This document shows, piece after piece, positions 34,611 to 35,590 of a DNA stretch of 35,590 nucleotides. This DNA is from a virus (Duplodnaviria > Caudoviricetes). The position numbers and the translations under genes were made by a program. The stretch covers positions 1 to 35,590 of the IMG/VR virus record IMGVR_UViG_3300037419_002816; one strand, written 5' to 3'. Below the pieces are notes generated by a model. The model saw nothing but the letters and a program-made list of their open reading frames with translations. It did not search any database and was not told where the DNA came from. Within the stretch, counting starts at the first letter, position 1; every line of letters begins with the position of its first letter.

Positions 34611-34789
34611 CGACCCTGTTAACCAGGCGCCTAACAGGGTGCGGCCCTCGCAACGCGAGCAACGGCGCGGCCTTGGGAGGGGCGCGTTATTCGCGCAAGC
34701 CGCATGGGACCTCCCTCTGGAACAGCCCGCACGGCAAATAACGCGTCGCTATACGGTGAATCGAAAGCCCACTGCGAAGACTCACCGAA

Positions 34790-35161
34790 ATGAACACAGC
34801 CCAAAACACGCTCACTGTGCAGGAACAAGCACAGGCTCCGTGCGCGCAAACCCCTTCCGGTGCGCCGAAGTACAGGCGCGTCCTGGTGCGGTTGAAGGGC
34901 AAGGAGCGCCCGACGTCGGTTGCCGTTCGCGAGAACCAGTTCCTCGAGATGGTGAAGTACACGCACGGTGATGAGGCAGCAGCCTTTCGCGCGCTGCGCA
35001 AGGCCGCACTGTCGGTTGAAGAGCGTCGCAACGGCTACGTCTCCGAGGCAGTGCGCAGCAAAGCCCTCGCGTCGCTGCGCGGTTCCTTCCGCCCGGTGCG
35101 CGATGACGCAGCCGCGCTCCTGGCCGAGGAGAACAACGCGGCATGGTCCGCCAACGGCTGA
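34790..35161 (+). CDS. Putative ribbon-helix-helix-like DNA-binding protein
   Basis: RPTSVAV...VSEAVR pattern similar to RHH_4; promoter motif at 34749. Confidence 0.5.
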   Translation: MNTAQNTLTVQEQAQAPCAQTPSGAPKYRRVLVRLKGKERPTSVAVRENQFLEMVKYTHGDEAAAFRALRKAALSVEERRNGYVSEAVRSKALASLRGSFRPVRDDAAALLAEENNAAWSANG

Positions 35162-35177
35162 CGCCAAAGCAGTGGCC

Positions 35178-35423
35178 ATGCGCAGGACTCACCCCTCGGA
35201 CTACTACTACAAGCGATACCGCATCGCGCAGCCCGCAGGCATGCCGGTGACCACAGTGTCCGTGCCATACCTGGAGCACCTCGCGCTCATCCGCCAGGCT
35301 GGCGGTACAAGGTCATTGAGTGCAATGGTGCACGCAGAGGCCGGGCGTCTTCGCGCATCGGGCGACTACAAAGGCACGCTGAGCGCCGCTGTGCGACGTG
35401 CGGTGAAGGCTCGGCTCGGATAA
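35178..35423 (+). CDS. Putative ribbon-helix-helix-like protein (paralog of previous)
   Basis: VTTVSV...TLSAAVRR pattern. Confidence 0.5.
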   Translation: MRRTHPSDYYYKRYRIAQPAGMPVTTVSVPYLEHLALIRQAGGTRSLSAMVHAEAGRLRASGDYKGTLSAAVRRAVKARLG

Positions 35424-35590
35424 GGGCACCAGGTCCGCTCACCGGCGCGGGCCTCTTGTGCGCCGGCAGGCGCACCCTGGACGAACAGCCGCAAAGTCTG
35501 CGACGCGCTCGCCCGTGGTGTTCCCGCGAATGCCGAAGGTGAAGCCCTCGGCCCAAGGTGACAGACCGCGCCAGGATGGACCCGGCGCGT

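Overview
The whole window looks like part of a high-GC temperate siphovirus-type genome, probably a phage-plasmid. It carries a Mu-like head module (DUF935 portal, gpF, protease I/scaffold, gpT capsid, gp36, gpG, gp37-like) but a non-Mu terminase. It also has a long non-contractile tail module (tube, frameshifting chaperone, tape measure, BR0599-type hub, tail tip), split lysis genes, a TrfA-like initiator followed by iterons, parS-like palindromes, a BsuBI/PstI-like RM pair and an initiator tRNA-fMet with an atypical anticodon loop. No integrase, transposase, ParA/B or sigma factor is visible here. The most novel-looking signals are non-coding: (i) a CTAYAC(G) promoter-like motif before almost every + strand unit, often 4-5 nt before an ATG (leaderless mRNAs or coupled uORFs); (ii) a four-copy operator-like dyad repeat; (iii) an ~80-nt candidate sRNA antisense to the shared CAACACAC..GGAG leader of the operator-controlled genes; (iv) an ~300-nt multi-helix, possibly pseudoknotted RNA beside the origin. 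All family calls come from motif recognition by eye, with no database search.
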